Source: a bacterium (GTDB lineage Bacteria > Acidobacteriota > Blastocatellia > HR10). Taken from it: 64,000 nt of DNA. The position numbers and the translations under genes were made by a program. The DNA lies in the NCBI GenBank assembly GCA_041640655.1, contig JBEPZV010000003.1, positions 64,001-128,000 on the forward strand, in the 5' to 3' direction. The notes under the pieces were generated by a model. It did no database searches and had not been told where the DNA came from. It saw only the letters and a program-made list of their open reading frames with translations. Positions 28,267 through 38,912 of this stretch are shown here, one piece after another (the first letter of the stretch is position 1; every line of letters starts with the position of its first letter).

Positions 28267-29967
28267 TCACAGAAAGAGCACGTGATGCGCGCGGTTCCCC
28301 AGCGCGATGGCCTCGCGGATCACGCGAGCGACGTGATCGCCATATCGCGCCAGGAAGTAGAAGACCGTCATCGCGCGCTCTTGCAGCATCCCGTGAGGCG
28401 CGAGCGCGAGCACCAGGCGTCGCGCATGGCGGGCGAGAGTCTCGTCGCGTCGGGCGCGCGCGCGGAGATAGTGCTGACGCAGGATCTCGATCTGACGATG
28501 CATCGCTTCCTCGGCGCGATCGAGCGGTCGGTCGAGCGTCGGGTCCGCTTCTCGCAAGAGCGGACGCAGCTTCCGCACCGCTTCGGTCACGGCCGCGCGC
28601 GCCTCGTCAAAGAGCGAGGCGTGATTCGCCTCAAGCGTGCGCTCGATCAGACGCTGATGAACGGCGGTAACGCCGGCGAAGAGATCCGTCAGCGCGAGGC
28701 CGTATCTCGCCAAGAGCTCGGCCGCGCGGGGCTCGACGAGCGTCAGCGACGCGCGCGGGCAGAGCACCGGCTCCGGCACCTCGCAGGCCTCGTACACCGG
28801 CCCCAGTTGCGCGAAATAGGCGATCTCGCTCGGCCCCCCCACGTAGGCGAGCGTGGGCAAGAGCGCATCTTGTACGACGGGGCGAAGCGCCACGTTCGGA
28901 CTGAAGCGCGCGGGATGTTCGGTGAGCTCCCGCAGCAGTTCCTCTCCGGTGAACGCTTTCCCACCGTCGCGAAGCGTGAAACGCTCTCCCTCCCCAATGA
29001 GCGGGCGACGCCGTCCGTCTTCCAAGAAGAAGAGGAAGGCGCCAGCGCGCTCCGGATGAAGTTGGAGGCGATACCCGCGCGCCTTCACCCGTTCACTGTG
29101 GGCGCCGAACGCGGCGATCACGCGCGGCCACTCGCGCACGATACGCTCCAGCACGCGCACCGTCAGACGCTTGAGCCGCTCATCGGCCGGATCCAGAAGG
29201 ACGAGTCCTTCCTCGGCCATAAGGCGCGCCATCGCGCGGGCGAACGCATCGGTCAGTGAGAGTCCCTTCGCATAGGCCGCTCGAAGGAGCACCTCGATCT
29301 CCGGGAGGAACTCCGAATCCGGCAGGGCGCCAAGCAGCGTCGCGAGGGCAGCGTCCGCGCGCTCATCGAGGAGAATCGCGCCGGCCGGCTTCCCCTCTTC
29401 CTCCGGCGCGATGGGGTACGGCACCTTCACCCACTCCCCATCGCGTCCGAGAAGACCGCAATCGGTGACCTCCTTCAGGTCGTGATCCTCGCTGTGGATC
29501 CAGAAGATCGGGACGGCCCGTATCCCCCACGCGCGCAAGAGTCGGGCGGCGCCAATGGCCGTCCACGCCTTATAGAGCGTCAGGAGAGGCCCCGTGAACA
29601 GCCCCGCTTGCTGACCGGTGACGATAGCGACCGTTTCCGGTTCGGCCAATTCGCCAATGGCCTTCAGCGTGGCTTCGCTCGCTCCCCATCGCGCGTTCTG
29701 CTCGCGCAGGACCCGACAGAGCTCTTCTCGATCAGGAAGGCGCGCTGCGACTTGACGCGCGCGCTCGCGCAGCGCCGCCGCGTCCTCCCTCGTGGGGGGG
29801 AGGAGCACTCGTCCCCCCCGGTAGAAATCGGCGACCTTCTCGAAGTCGGAGAGGAAATCGAGAAAGAGTGTGGGAAGATCCGGGATCCGCGCAAACGCCA
29901 GCGACTCAGAGCGGAAGCTCGCCCCCACCACCTCCGCGCGCCTCCGTTCGCATGTCACATCGCCCAT
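28267..29967 (-). CDS. bshC: Bacillithiol biosynthesis protein BshC
   Basis: VTGQQAGLFTGPL, VPIFW..SEDHD..E, RFSPNVALRP..QD.LLP, YVGGPSEIAYFAQL, QER. Confidence 0.93.
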   Translation of the reverse strand: MGDVTCERRRAEVVGASFRSESLAFARIPDLPTLFLDFLSDFEKVADFYRGGRVLLPPTREDAAALRERARQVAARLPDREELCRVLREQNARWGASEATLKAIGELAEPETVAIVTGQQAGLFTGPLLTLYKAWTAIGAARLLRAWGIRAVPIFWIHSEDHDLKEVTDCGLLGRDGEWVKVPYPIAPEEEGKPAGAILLDERADAALATLLGALPDSEFLPEIEVLLRAAYAKGLSLTDAFARAMARLMAEEGLVLLDPADERLKRLTVRVLERIVREWPRVIAAFGAHSERVKARGYRLQLHPERAGAFLFFLEDGRRRPLIGEGERFTLRDGGKAFTGEELLRELTEHPARFSPNVALRPVVQDALLPTLAYVGGPSEIAYFAQLGPVYEACEVPEPVLCPRASLTLVEPRAAELLARYGLALTDLFAGVTAVHQRLIERTLEANHASLFDEARAAVTEAVRKLRPLLREADPTLDRPLDRAEEAMHRQIEILRQHYLRARARRDETLARHARRLVLALAPHGMLQERAMTVFYFLARYGDHVARVIREAIALGNRAHHVLFL

Positions 29968-30038
29968 GTTCGGGGATTATATCGGCGATCGGCGGCGCCG
30001 AGCAAACAGCGGCCTCCTGCTCATCGGCCCTCGATCGC

Positions 30039-30827
30039 TCACAGCCGATACCACGCCGGACGACGATCGGCGAAGAGATCGTTGAGCGCCGTGACGCGCT
30101 TATCGCACGCCTGCTGTGGATCAATCTCGACGATACCGACTTCCTCCGCTTCGGGCGAAGCTTCACGGAGGATGGTCCCATCGGGAGCGACGATCTGGCT
30201 GCGCCCGGTGAAGGTCAGGCGCGTCGCTCCGCGCGTCTCTGCGCCGACGCGATTGGCCAGGACCCAGAAGACGCGATTCTCCAGCGCGCGCACGCGCGTG
30301 GTGAGCTGTCCCAGGCCCGGCAAGACCAGATTCGAGGGATGGGCGATCACCTGCGCGCCCTGCAGGGCCACGGTCCGCGCGGCTTCGGGGAAGAAGTGAT
30401 CGAAGCAGATGAGGATGCCGATCTTCACTCCGGCGATCTCGAAGACCGGGAAGCCGAGATCGCCCGGATGAAAGAGCTGCTTCTCCTCGTGAAACAGATG
30501 CATCTTGCGGTAGGTGCCGATCACGCCCCCCGGACCGATGAGCACGGCGCTGTTGTAACACCGATCGTCGGCGCGCTCCGCGAGTCCGAGCACGAGGTGG
30601 GAGCCGCGTCGCGCCGCCCACGTCTGCAGCGCGTCCACGGTCGGGCCGGGAATGGATTCGGCCAGATGACGCACGTCGTCGTGGCTCGCGAAGAGGTAGC
30701 CGGTCGTCGCCAGCTCCGGCAGGACCACGAGATCGGCCTCCACACGGTCCAACGTCGCCATCAGGCGGGCGCGATTCTCCTCCACGGCTCCGAATTTCGG
30801 TGCGAACTGATAGAAGGCGACGCGCAT
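30039..30827 (-). CDS. Nitrilase/carbon-nitrogen hydrolase family protein
   Basis: E-K-C triad: LVVLPEL, YRKMHLF, ICFDHFFPE; RALEN. Confidence 0.93.
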   Translation of the reverse strand: MRVAFYQFAPKFGAVEENRARLMATLDRVEADLVVLPELATTGYLFASHDDVRHLAESIPGPTVDALQTWAARRGSHLVLGLAERADDRCYNSAVLIGPGGVIGTYRKMHLFHEEKQLFHPGDLGFPVFEIAGVKIGILICFDHFFPEAARTVALQGAQVIAHPSNLVLPGLGQLTTRVRALENRVFWVLANRVGAETRGATRLTFTGRSQIVAPDGTILREASPEAEEVGIVEIDPQQACDKRVTALNDLFADRRPAWYRL

Positions 30828-30850
30828 ATGTCCTCCTTTATCGCGGTGCG

Positions 30851-31969
30851 CTATTGCAGAGCGAGGTCGGCGATGCGCCGCGCCAGTTCGATGAGGCGCG
30901 CGCCTTCGAGATTCGACAGCAGCACGACGGCCAGTCGCTCGTCCGGCCGCATGTAGAGCAACGTGCTCACCCGCGGTTGTCCGCCCGTGTGGAAGACCTC
31001 GCGCTGGCCGCGATATTCGGCCAGGCTCCAGCCCAAGCCGTAGGACGTCTCCTGTCCATCGCGCGTCTTCTGGCGCGTCCACATCTGCGCGAGCGTCTCC
31101 CGGCGAAGGAGCATCCCACGCTGCAGCGCGATGGCGAAGCGCGCCAGATCGAGCACCGTCGCGCAGAGGCCGCCGCCGGGGATCTTGTTGCTCGTGTCCG
31201 CCAGTGGGGAGTTCTGCAGCGCTCCGTTCGGCGTCCGCCGATACCCCTGCGCTCGATGAGGGATGATGGCGAAGACGTCATCGTCGCGCGCGCTCTCCAT
31301 TCCGGCCGGCGTGAAGATGTTCTCCCGCACGTACTCCAGGTAGCTCACCCCCGCGGCGCCCTCGATCACGCAGCCGAGCACATTGTAGCCGTAGGTCGTG
31401 TAGGTGAAGCGCGCTCCCGGTTCGTGCTCCAGCGGATCGTCTTTGAAGATCTCCAGCGTGTCCACGATGCGCGTGTAGTGGCGCGTGCTCGTGATCTCCT
31501 CAGGCCGCTTGTAGTGGCGAATCCCGCTCGTGTGCGCCAGCAGATGGCGCGCGGTGATCGGCCAGGGCTTTTCGGGGAAGGCCGGACAGTAGCGCTGGAT
31601 GGGCGCATCCAGATCGAGCTTCCCGCGCTCGACCAATTGCATCGCCGCGACGGCTGTGATCGTCTTCGAGATGGAGGCCAGGCGATATACGGTTCGCTCC
31701 GTCGCCGGCACCGAATTCTCCAGGTCGGCATAGCCGAATCCCTTCGCCCATTGCAGCCGATGTTCGGTCACGAGCGCGACCGAGAGGCCCGGGATCTTCT
31801 GCCGCTCCATCTCCGCGCGAATCGCCCGCTCGATCTCAGCCAGGCGCGCCGATGAGCGTTGCTCCCCGTCCGAGGCCCGCCCCTTTGGAGAGATCGGCGG
31901 TCGCTGCCCCACAAGCAGCGCTCCGGCGAGAAGCGCCAGAAGCCACTTCCTGGAAAGGACGTGTTTCAT
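30851..31969 (-). CDS. Secreted serine hydrolase (beta-lactamase class C/AmpC-like fold)
   Basis: LASISK (SxxK), LLAHTSG, YTTYGY, HTGG; signal peptide. Confidence 0.9.
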   Translation of the reverse strand: MKHVLSRKWLLALLAGALLVGQRPPISPKGRASDGEQRSSARLAEIERAIRAEMERQKIPGLSVALVTEHRLQWAKGFGYADLENSVPATERTVYRLASISKTITAVAAMQLVERGKLDLDAPIQRYCPAFPEKPWPITARHLLAHTSGIRHYKRPEEITSTRHYTRIVDTLEIFKDDPLEHEPGARFTYTTYGYNVLGCVIEGAAGVSYLEYVRENIFTPAGMESARDDDVFAIIPHRAQGYRRTPNGALQNSPLADTSNKIPGGGLCATVLDLARFAIALQRGMLLRRETLAQMWTRQKTRDGQETSYGLGWSLAEYRGQREVFHTGGQPRVSTLLYMRPDERLAVVLLSNLEGARLIELARRIADLALQ

Positions 31970-32026
31970 GTCATCACCTCCGGCGGATGGGTCTCCGAGG
32001 CCTCGCCTGCGCGCAGAACGCCCCGC

Positions 32027-32716
32027 TCACACGAGGAACGGGATGAAGCGCTTCGTGCGCCGCGCGTATTCGAGATACGCATCGCCGAATTCCGCCACCG
32101 CTTCGCGCTCTTCCTGTCGCGCGAGCCACACATAGGCTGCAGCGAGAAATGGCCAGAGCACCAGCGTCACCAGTGAGGGCCAGTGCACGAGCCATCCGAG
32201 CGTGAAGAGCAGAATGCCCGTGTACTGCGGATGCCGCATGTAGCGATAGAGACCCGTCGTCACCAATCCGCGCGCGCCGTGAATCTGCCGCCAACCCAGA
32301 GCGATGAGCAGAAGCCCGAGCAGGCTGAGCGCCGTCCCCACGGCCTCGGGATGCCACGCATCGAACATTCGCCGATATTCGCGCGCCAGCACGGGGATCT
32401 CCACAAGCGGCGACAGGAGGAAGATCACCAGCGGCCAGCCGAACATCTCCGTCATGAGCGCGATGGCGAAGGCGATGAACGCCCCTCGCGATTTCCAGAT
32501 GTGCTTGGTCGGACGCCGGTACGGCAGAAGCGCGAGGAAGGCGAGCACGATCGCGATGTTGAGCAGAATGAGGCCCGGGGTCCCCACCCTCTGTCGGACC
32601 CAGCGCACGGTGACCGGCGGCCCGTGATGGACGATCTCAATCCCATAAAGGGCGACGAAGAGCCCAATCGCCACCCACCCCAAGATGGTTCTCGCGGAAA
32701 GAATGCGTGAGGACAT
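32027..32716 (-). CDS. Isoprenylcysteine carboxyl methyltransferase/PEMT family membrane protein
   Basis: LVTTGLYRYMRHPQYTG, EE....FG..Y..Y....RFIP. Confidence 0.85.
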   Translation of the reverse strand: MSSRILSARTILGWVAIGLFVALYGIEIVHHGPPVTVRWVRQRVGTPGLILLNIAIVLAFLALLPYRRPTKHIWKSRGAFIAFAIALMTEMFGWPLVIFLLSPLVEIPVLAREYRRMFDAWHPEAVGTALSLLGLLLIALGWRQIHGARGLVTTGLYRYMRHPQYTGILLFTLGWLVHWPSLVTLVLWPFLAAAYVWLARQEEREAVAEFGDAYLEYARRTKRFIPFLV

Positions 32717-32719
32717 CGT

Positions 32720-33133
32720 TCATCTCCATCGGAACCGCAGGCGCGCATCCAGCGCCCATCGGCCTGGGTCTCCCAGAAGGAACAGCAGGGCGATCACCAG
32801 ATACAGCGCGGCCAGCTCGAACCGCCAGTCCGTCGTGAGATGTCGGTAAACGGCCACCAGCATGGTGATCGCGATCGCGCTTGCCGCCAGGCGAGTGAGA
32901 AATCCCACGGCCAGGAAAAGGCCGCCGAAGAATTCCGCAATAGCCGCCGCGATGGCGAAGACGGTCGGGAGAGGAAACCCCAAGCTCGCGACCGTGTGCA
33001 CGAACCGCCATTCCTGGTCATGGACGAGCAGGGCATAAGCCGACTTCACCTTCCCCCATCCGTGAAAGGCGGCGAGCATACCGCCGGCCAGGACGCGAAC
33101 AAGGAGAAGTCCCAGATCACTTCGATAGGCCAT
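32720..33133 (-). CDS. DoxX family membrane protein
   Basis: LLLVRV...M..HGWGK, AEFFGG...GFLTRLAA, G.GRWALD. Confidence 0.9.
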   Translation of the reverse strand: MAYRSDLGLLLVRVLAGGMLAAFHGWGKVKSAYALLVHDQEWRFVHTVASLGFPLPTVFAIAAAIAEFFGGLFLAVGFLTRLAASAIAITMLVAVYRHLTTDWRFELAALYLVIALLFLLGDPGRWALDARLRFRWR

Positions 33134-33246
33134 CGTTCGCCCTCCGAGAGAGCGCTCCCCCCGCCTGGGGCTCACGATGCTTCACGCCTGCTCTCTCCAC
33201 GCGCTCCTCCAGGCGAAAGGACTGCCCTTCTGGAGCGCTTCGCGCG

Positions 33247-33855
33247 TCATCCCTCCCCGGGCTCCAGCTCCAACTCCAAGCCTCGGCCCGTCCGCTCCGA
33301 ATGCTGCCGATGTCGGCGCACGCGCTCAAGCGGAATGCTGACCAGTTCGGTCGCGCCCTCCTGCCGATCCGGGAAGAGATGAATCGTCACCACGCTCTCG
33401 CCATGTTTCATCCGCTCGGCGTCTTCGGGCGAGACATATCCGATGAGCACCGGAGAGCCATCGCGCAGCTTGTGCATCTCGTAGCTCAGGAAGATCTTCC
33501 TCCGGAAGAGCGGCGCGTCCCACTGCCCGACGGCACAGGTGAACCCGTATACGCCCTCGGGCAATTGGTCAATCCCCGTTCCCTCTTCTTCTTCCGTCAG
33601 CGGTCGGACACCATGCTCCTCCCGCAGCGCCAGGCGTTCCGGTTCCTCGATCACGACGCCTCCATCGAAAGACCGATTCACGCTGACCGAGGTCTCTTCC
33701 CTTCGCCGACGAAACCAGGAGAGCACACCGGCGATCGCCAGAACCCCCACCTGCGCGGCGAAAGTCATCGGGAGACCCTCTCCGGTCAGGCGGTTGAAGT
33801 CGGTGTCGAAGCTCCATACGCTCATGGGGACGAGAGTCGAAAACGGGATCAACAT
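33247..33855 (-). CDS. Hypothetical protein with one predicted TM segment
   Basis: 202-aa ORF with RBS (AGGAGAAG), co-oriented with neighbours; no recognised family. Confidence 0.65.
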   Translation of the reverse strand: MLIPFSTLVPMSVWSFDTDFNRLTGEGLPMTFAAQVGVLAIAGVLSWFRRRREETSVSVNRSFDGGVVIEEPERLALREEHGVRPLTEEEEGTGIDQLPEGVYGFTCAVGQWDAPLFRRKIFLSYEMHKLRDGSPVLIGYVSPEDAERMKHGESVVTIHLFPDRQEGATELVSIPLERVRRHRQHSERTGRGLELELEPGEG

Positions 33856-33992
33856 GGCTGCTTCCTCCTACGCGGAGATCCTCCGGTACTCGGATCGCGC
33901 GCTCTCTGTGATTCCGCTTCGCTCTCATCGGCGAACAGACGACTTGGCCTACACAGTGTAGCGAGGCGCCGCCGGGAGGACAAGCGCGATCC

Positions 33993-34865
33993 TCATCTCC
34001 TCGACGCGGCGGCGTCACGAGTCGTGTCGGGCACTCCCGACATGTCTTCGCGAAGGCCGAGGGCGCGTTCGACCGGTTCGGCGACGATCCGATGCACGCG
34101 CTCTCGCAGCCGATCAATGTCCTCCTTCCGCATCCCCTTGGTCTCGATCGTCTCGTGGATATAGACGGTGATCGTCGAGGGGTAGAGCATCCAGCTTCCC
34201 GTTCGATGGAACTCGAACGAGCCGACGATGCTCATGGGGACGATGGGATAGCCCGTGTATTGAGCCAGGACGAAGGCTCCGCGTTGAAAGGGGCCGACGC
34301 GACCGGTGCGCGTGCGCGTGCCCTCGGCGAAGATGATGAGGCTGATGCCGTCATCCAGCGCTTGCTTGGCGCGCTTCAGGAGGCGGCGGAAGGCCGCCGG
34401 ATTGTTCGTGTCCTTCGGCACGGGGATGTTCCCGAAGCGCTTCATCATCCATCCGTAGGCCGGGATCTTGAAATGCGTCTCCAGCTCCAGCCCCCGCACG
34501 AACTGCGGGATGGCTGAGTAGATCACGAACGCGTCGAAGATATTCACATGATTGCAGACGAAGATGCTCGTGCGCGTGGGATCGAAGCCCGGCGCATAGC
34601 GCACCTGGAAGCGAACGCCCGCCAGTCGCAGGACGTTGCGGAAGAACCATCGCTGCGGCCGATCGTTCTTCCGCGGATCAATGAACATCCCCAGGATCAC
34701 CAGGAACGTGCACACGGGGAAGAAGTGCAGAATGCTCACGATCCACAGGACGGCGCTGCGGATCACGAGATAGACCTGTCGGAGGAGACGCGCCCAGCTC
34801 GTGCGCCGTTTCGCGCCCACGTTGGGGAGCACTCGTCCATACACTCTCAGACGTTCGATCCTCAC
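33993..34865 (-). CDS. Lysophospholipid/1-acyl-glycerol-3-phosphate acyltransferase (PlsC-like)
   Basis: NHVNIFD (HX4D), FAEGTRT, PFQRGAF. Confidence 0.92.
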   Translation of the reverse strand: MRIERLRVYGRVLPNVGAKRRTSWARLLRQVYLVIRSAVLWIVSILHFFPVCTFLVILGMFIDPRKNDRPQRWFFRNVLRLAGVRFQVRYAPGFDPTRTSIFVCNHVNIFDAFVIYSAIPQFVRGLELETHFKIPAYGWMMKRFGNIPVPKDTNNPAAFRRLLKRAKQALDDGISLIIFAEGTRTRTGRVGPFQRGAFVLAQYTGYPIVPMSIVGSFEFHRTGSWMLYPSTITVYIHETIETKGMRKEDIDRLRERVHRIVAEPVERALGLREDMSGVPDTTRDAAASRR

Positions 34866-34878
34866 CTCCGCCCCTCCC

Positions 34879-35847
34879 TCAGACCATCACCTCGACGGCG
34901 GCGGGCAATACATCCAAGCGTTCGCAGTGCACGCGCAGGACCTCGCCGTCCACCATCACCGGGACCGGCCCTTCCAGGGAGAATTCGATCTGTCGAACGG
35001 CACGGCGCTCGCAGAGCGGGTGCCTGATGTGCGACCCATCAAAGAGGCCGGGCAGATTGCGGAGCAGGCCCATTCGCCCGATCGGTCCCCAGCGCACATA
35101 CTCGATCAAACCATCGCAGGGATCCGCGTGCGGCGCGATCAACATTCGTCCGCCCGTGTACTTGCTGTTCGAGAAGGTGAGAAAGAGGCAGCGGCGCACG
35201 TCGGCTTCAGGCGCGCCCTCCACGCGCACGGGGAACGCGCGCCGTTTCAGGCGGAGCACGCAGGCGAACACGCCCAGGAGATACCCCATTTCGCCCAGGG
35301 GTTTGAACCATCGGTTCGTCACCGTGGCCACGTCGGCGGGGAATCCCAGGCTGAGGAGGTTGAGGAAGTACAGGACACCGTCGCGATGCACGAGTCGCAA
35401 TACGTCGCACGCGCGGGCGCGTCCCGATCGCACGGCGTTCAAAACGTGTGGCAGGGGATCGTCGGCCTCCCTCGAGCGCGCCCGCACCGCTGAAGGGGAG
35501 GTCCCCATCACGAGGAAGTCGCGCAGGAAGGAGTTGCCGGTCCCCAACGGCAGAAGCGCCAGGCGCGGGCGTCCCCCCTCGCGTTCGGCTTCCGGGAACA
35601 CGCCGTTGAGCACCTCGAAGGTCGTCCCATCGCCGCCGACGACGAGGAATGAGCGATACCCTTCGCGATACGCGGCGCGCGCGCGCGCGGTCGCCTCGCC
35701 GGGGCAGCGCGTCCAGAAGACGTCCATCGGTAGGCCGCTCGCGCGCAGCTCGGCCAGGATGCGTTCGGCGCGCTTGCCGCAGCGTCCACCACCTGCGGCC
35801 GGGTTCACGACGGCCAGAAAATTGTCCCGAGGTCGCGTTCCGGTCAT
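34879..35847 (-). CDS. Diacylglycerol/sphingosine kinase family lipid kinase
   Basis: [30 protein letters not shown]. Confidence 0.92.
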   Translation of the reverse strand: MTGTRPRDNFLAVVNPAAGGGRCGKRAERILAELRASGLPMDVFWTRCPGEATARARAAYREGYRSFLVVGGDGTTFEVLNGVFPEAEREGGRPRLALLPLGTGNSFLRDFLVMGTSPSAVRARSREADDPLPHVLNAVRSGRARACDVLRLVHRDGVLYFLNLLSLGFPADVATVTNRWFKPLGEMGYLLGVFACVLRLKRRAFPVRVEGAPEADVRRCLFLTFSNSKYTGGRMLIAPHADPCDGLIEYVRWGPIGRMGLLRNLPGLFDGSHIRHPLCERRAVRQIEFSLEGPVPVMVDGEVLRVHCERLDVLPAAVEVMV

Positions 35848-37553
35848 AACCAGTGCACGTCGGCGCGACTTCGGCGCGCGCGAATCTCCTCGGCCAGCAT
35901 CGTTCGTTTGATCTTCAGCGAGGCTGTTCGCGGGAAGTCTCGATCCCAGACCAAGTACCCATGCACGCGCTTATAGTCCGGCAACCGCCGATTGCGCGCG
36001 AGCACGTCGCGGCGCACGGCCTCGGTGATCTCCTCCCCCGGAAACGGATGGAGGACCAGAACGAGCTGCTCATCCCCCAGGCGGCGCTCCGGCCAGATAT
36101 AGTTCGCGGCGAAGATGCAGAACTCCTTCACTGCCAAGCCCTCGAAGAACGTCTCCACGTCTTCGGGGTAGATGTTCTTCCCCCCCTCGGTCACGATCAT
36201 GTTCTTCTTCCGCCCGACCAGATGCAGGTGGCCCGTCTCGTCTATCCATCCGAGATCGCCCGTGAGCAGCCATCCGTCCACGATCGTCTCGGCCGTCAGC
36301 TCAGGATCGTCCAGATAGCCCGCCATCACATTCTTGCCGCGAACGGCGACTTCGCCGATCCCATCGGCATCGGGGTTGAGGATCTTCACCTCCACGCCCG
36401 GCAGCGGTTTGCCCACCGTATCGGCGCGGAATGGCCGCAGATCGTTCACCGTGACGGCCGTGCACGCTTCCGTGAGCCCATAGCCATTGGCGACGGGAAT
36501 GCCCAGATCGTAGAAGAATTGGAGCGTGGCGGGCTCGCTGAAGGCCCCGCCGACGATGAGCATCTCCAGATGCCCCCCGAAGGCGCGGTGGACGTCGGGG
36601 AAGAGCCGACGACTGAGCCGCACGTTCGGTCGCCGGCGCGTGAGCCACCGATTGAGCCGCATCAGGGCGCGAAGCGCCACGCGTTTGTGCGCGGGCAGGG
36701 CGGCGAAGCGCTCGCGCAAGCCTCGTTCGAGGTTCTTGAGGATCAGGGGGACGAGGCTCATGTGCGTGATCTTGTAGCGCACGAAGGCCTCGCGAATATA
36801 TTCGGGCCGGAGCGTGCGCAGGTGCACGACCGTCGCCCCGCAGACGAAGGGACCGATGAAGCCGACCATGAAGTCAATGGCGTGATTCGTCGGCAGGATG
36901 CTCAGATACCGGACCTCGGGGGAGAAGGGGTAAATCGCGGTGAGCGAGCGGCACTGCTCCAGGTAATTCTCATGCGTGAGCAGGCATCCTTTCGGGCGCC
37001 CGCCCGTGCCCGAGGAATAGACGATGCAGGCGACGTCTTCTCGCCGACGCGGGACGAAGGTCGGCTCGCCCTCACCACGAAACTCCTCCCACCGCAGGGC
37101 TTCGCCCACGTCGGCCTCCGGCGGCGCTTCGGTCACCAGCACCAGGCGCAGCGGCAGTTCGTCGAGGCGCCCCTCCTGCCGAAGCGCGCGCCAGAAGGGG
37201 AACTCCGTGATGAGCACCGAGGCGCGCGCATGGCGGAGCAATGCCCAGTGCTCTCGAGCGCTCAGCTTGTAATCGAGGGGGACGAGCACCCCCCCGGCGT
37301 AAAAAATCGCATAGGCCGAGATCAGCCACTTCGATTGATTGGTCATGATGATGGCCGCGCGCTCATCGGGCGCGAACCCGTGCTCCTGGAGCGCGCGCGC
37401 CAGCGGCAGCGCCCGCTCCTGGAATTGCCGATAGGTCAGTCGGCAATTCTCCCGATCGCGGTCGGCCTCGATCAGGCAGACGTGATCGGCCCACCGCTGG
37501 AGCGCCTCGCGGAGCGCTTCGCCGAGCGATGCATAGTGCGACAGATCCAGCAT
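35844..37553 (-). CDS. AMP-dependent acyl-CoA/acyl-ACP synthetase
   Basis: [39 protein letters not shown]; overlaps both neighbouring genes. Confidence 0.93.
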   Translation of the reverse strand: MLDLSHYASLGEALREALQRWADHVCLIEADRDRENCRLTYRQFQERALPLARALQEHGFAPDERAAIIMTNQSKWLISAYAIFYAGGVLVPLDYKLSAREHWALLRHARASVLITEFPFWRALRQEGRLDELPLRLVLVTEAPPEADVGEALRWEEFRGEGEPTFVPRRREDVACIVYSSGTGGRPKGCLLTHENYLEQCRSLTAIYPFSPEVRYLSILPTNHAIDFMVGFIGPFVCGATVVHLRTLRPEYIREAFVRYKITHMSLVPLILKNLERGLRERFAALPAHKRVALRALMRLNRWLTRRRPNVRLSRRLFPDVHRAFGGHLEMLIVGGAFSEPATLQFFYDLGIPVANGYGLTEACTAVTVNDLRPFRADTVGKPLPGVEVKILNPDADGIGEVAVRGKNVMAGYLDDPELTAETIVDGWLLTGDLGWIDETGHLHLVGRKKNMIVTEGGKNIYPEDVETFFEGLAVKEFCIFAANYIWPERRLGDEQLVLVLHPFPGEEITEAVRRDVLARNRRLPDYKRVHGYLVWDRDFPRTASLKIKRTMLAEEIRARRSRADVHWL

Positions 37554-37798
37554 CACAACCTCGCGTGAATGCGCTCGGCCAGAGCCCGAAAGCTCGTCAC
37601 TCCTTGCAACTCGTAATCCGGCAGCTCGATGCCGAAGTGATGCTCCAAACGCGTGAGCAGCTCCAGAGCCTGCAGGCTGTCAATCCGCAGCTTCTCGAAG
37701 AAGTCGTCATCGGGAGCGAGCTGCTCCCGCGGGACGCGAAAATGGCTCGCGGCCAGTTGGAGCAGCTCTTCGATGGTTTGTTCCACCGTTCGCCTCAT
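37553..37798 (-). CDS. Acyl carrier protein
   Basis: IDSLQALEL phosphopantetheine motif, 81 aa; AAGGAGG RBS. Confidence 0.9.
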   Translation of the reverse strand: MRRTVEQTIEELLQLAASHFRVPREQLAPDDDFFEKLRIDSLQALELLTRLEHHFGIELPDYELQGVTSFRALAERIHARL

Positions 37799-37829
37799 CC
37801 GAATTCCTCCTTCTCGCCGGGCGCGCCCC

Positions 37830-38828
37830 TCATCGCGCCGCATGCTTGCTCATCTCCCGCACATATCGCGCGATCTCCTCGTGCGTGGCGAACCACACGC
37901 CCGGCCGCTGCCGCATGTGTCGGATCAGCCGTTCGAGCATGACGATGCGCGAGCGGTGCCCGATGATGTGCGGATGCAGGGTGAGGATGAACAGCGTCCC
38001 TTCCGCGTACGCCTGATCGAACTCCGCGCGCCAGATCGAGAAGACCTCCTCCGGCGTCGTGTGCGGTCGAATGGCCGATTGCCGATCCATGCCGAAGTAG
38101 GGGTAATCGTCCAGGATCCACTCGACCGGCAGCTCGACAACCCCCGTCGGCGCGCCCTCCAGCACGATCTCGTACGGACGATCGTCGGCCATGAGGCTGC
38201 TATCGTACAGCAAGCCGAACTCGCGGATGAGCTTCATCGTCGCCGGGCTGAGATCCCACGAGGGGGTGCGGATGCCCACCGGCCGACGTCCGGTGATCTG
38301 CTCCAGCGCTTCCAGGCTGCGACGCATCAGCTCCCGCTCCTCTTCCTCCGAGAGCAGGGAGTTTCGCTCGTGAATCCATCCGTGAAGGCCAATCTCATGG
38401 CGGCCGCGCGCGAGGATCTCTCGGACCGATTGGGGATGGAGCTTCGCGCTCATGGCCGGGATGAAGAACGTCGCCGGAACCTGATACTCGTCCAGAAGGC
38501 GCAGAATGCGCGGCAGGCCCGCGCGCGCACCGTATTCGCCTTGAGCCATCAGGGCCGGGGAGGTCTGCCCGTCCCGCAGCGCGGGCGTCTCGTTGTCGAA
38601 GTCAAAGGAGAGGCCGACGGCGACGCGCGCGCCTGCGGGCCACTGCCGAGGTGTCAGATCACGTCCCGCGCGCACCCGTCGCGCGATCTCGAGGACTCGG
38701 CTCTCGGGCCATCTCCACGGAGGCTCCTGACGCGGAGATTCGGTCACGCGCCCTTCGCTCCACGGCCCGGCGAGCGCGAGTCCGGCCACAAGTCCCAGAA
38801 GCCGTGAGTGCCTCTTTCGAATCCTCAT
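37830..38828 (-). CDS. Polysaccharide deacetylase (NodB/PuuE-like), secreted
   Basis: SFDFD, HEIGLHGWIHE, G.RTPSW, YDSSLM, LHPHIIG; signal peptide. Confidence 0.9.
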   Translation of the reverse strand: MRIRKRHSRLLGLVAGLALAGPWSEGRVTESPRQEPPWRWPESRVLEIARRVRAGRDLTPRQWPAGARVAVGLSFDFDNETPALRDGQTSPALMAQGEYGARAGLPRILRLLDEYQVPATFFIPAMSAKLHPQSVREILARGRHEIGLHGWIHERNSLLSEEEERELMRRSLEALEQITGRRPVGIRTPSWDLSPATMKLIREFGLLYDSSLMADDRPYEIVLEGAPTGVVELPVEWILDDYPYFGMDRQSAIRPHTTPEEVFSIWRAEFDQAYAEGTLFILTLHPHIIGHRSRIVMLERLIRHMRQRPGVWFATHEEIARYVREMSKHAAR

Positions 38829-38912
38829 CCTCACTCCTCCTCGAGCGCTCCTCGCCGACAGAGAGGAGGCGCTCCGGGTGGTCTGCAGTCGGCCAAGGGA
38901 CATGGTGCGGCT

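Noticed and set aside
30851..31969. Antibiotic-resistance beta-lactamase
   Set aside because: SxxK fold only; the motif set (YTTY, HTG) fits generic serine hydrolases/peptidases and there is no mobile context
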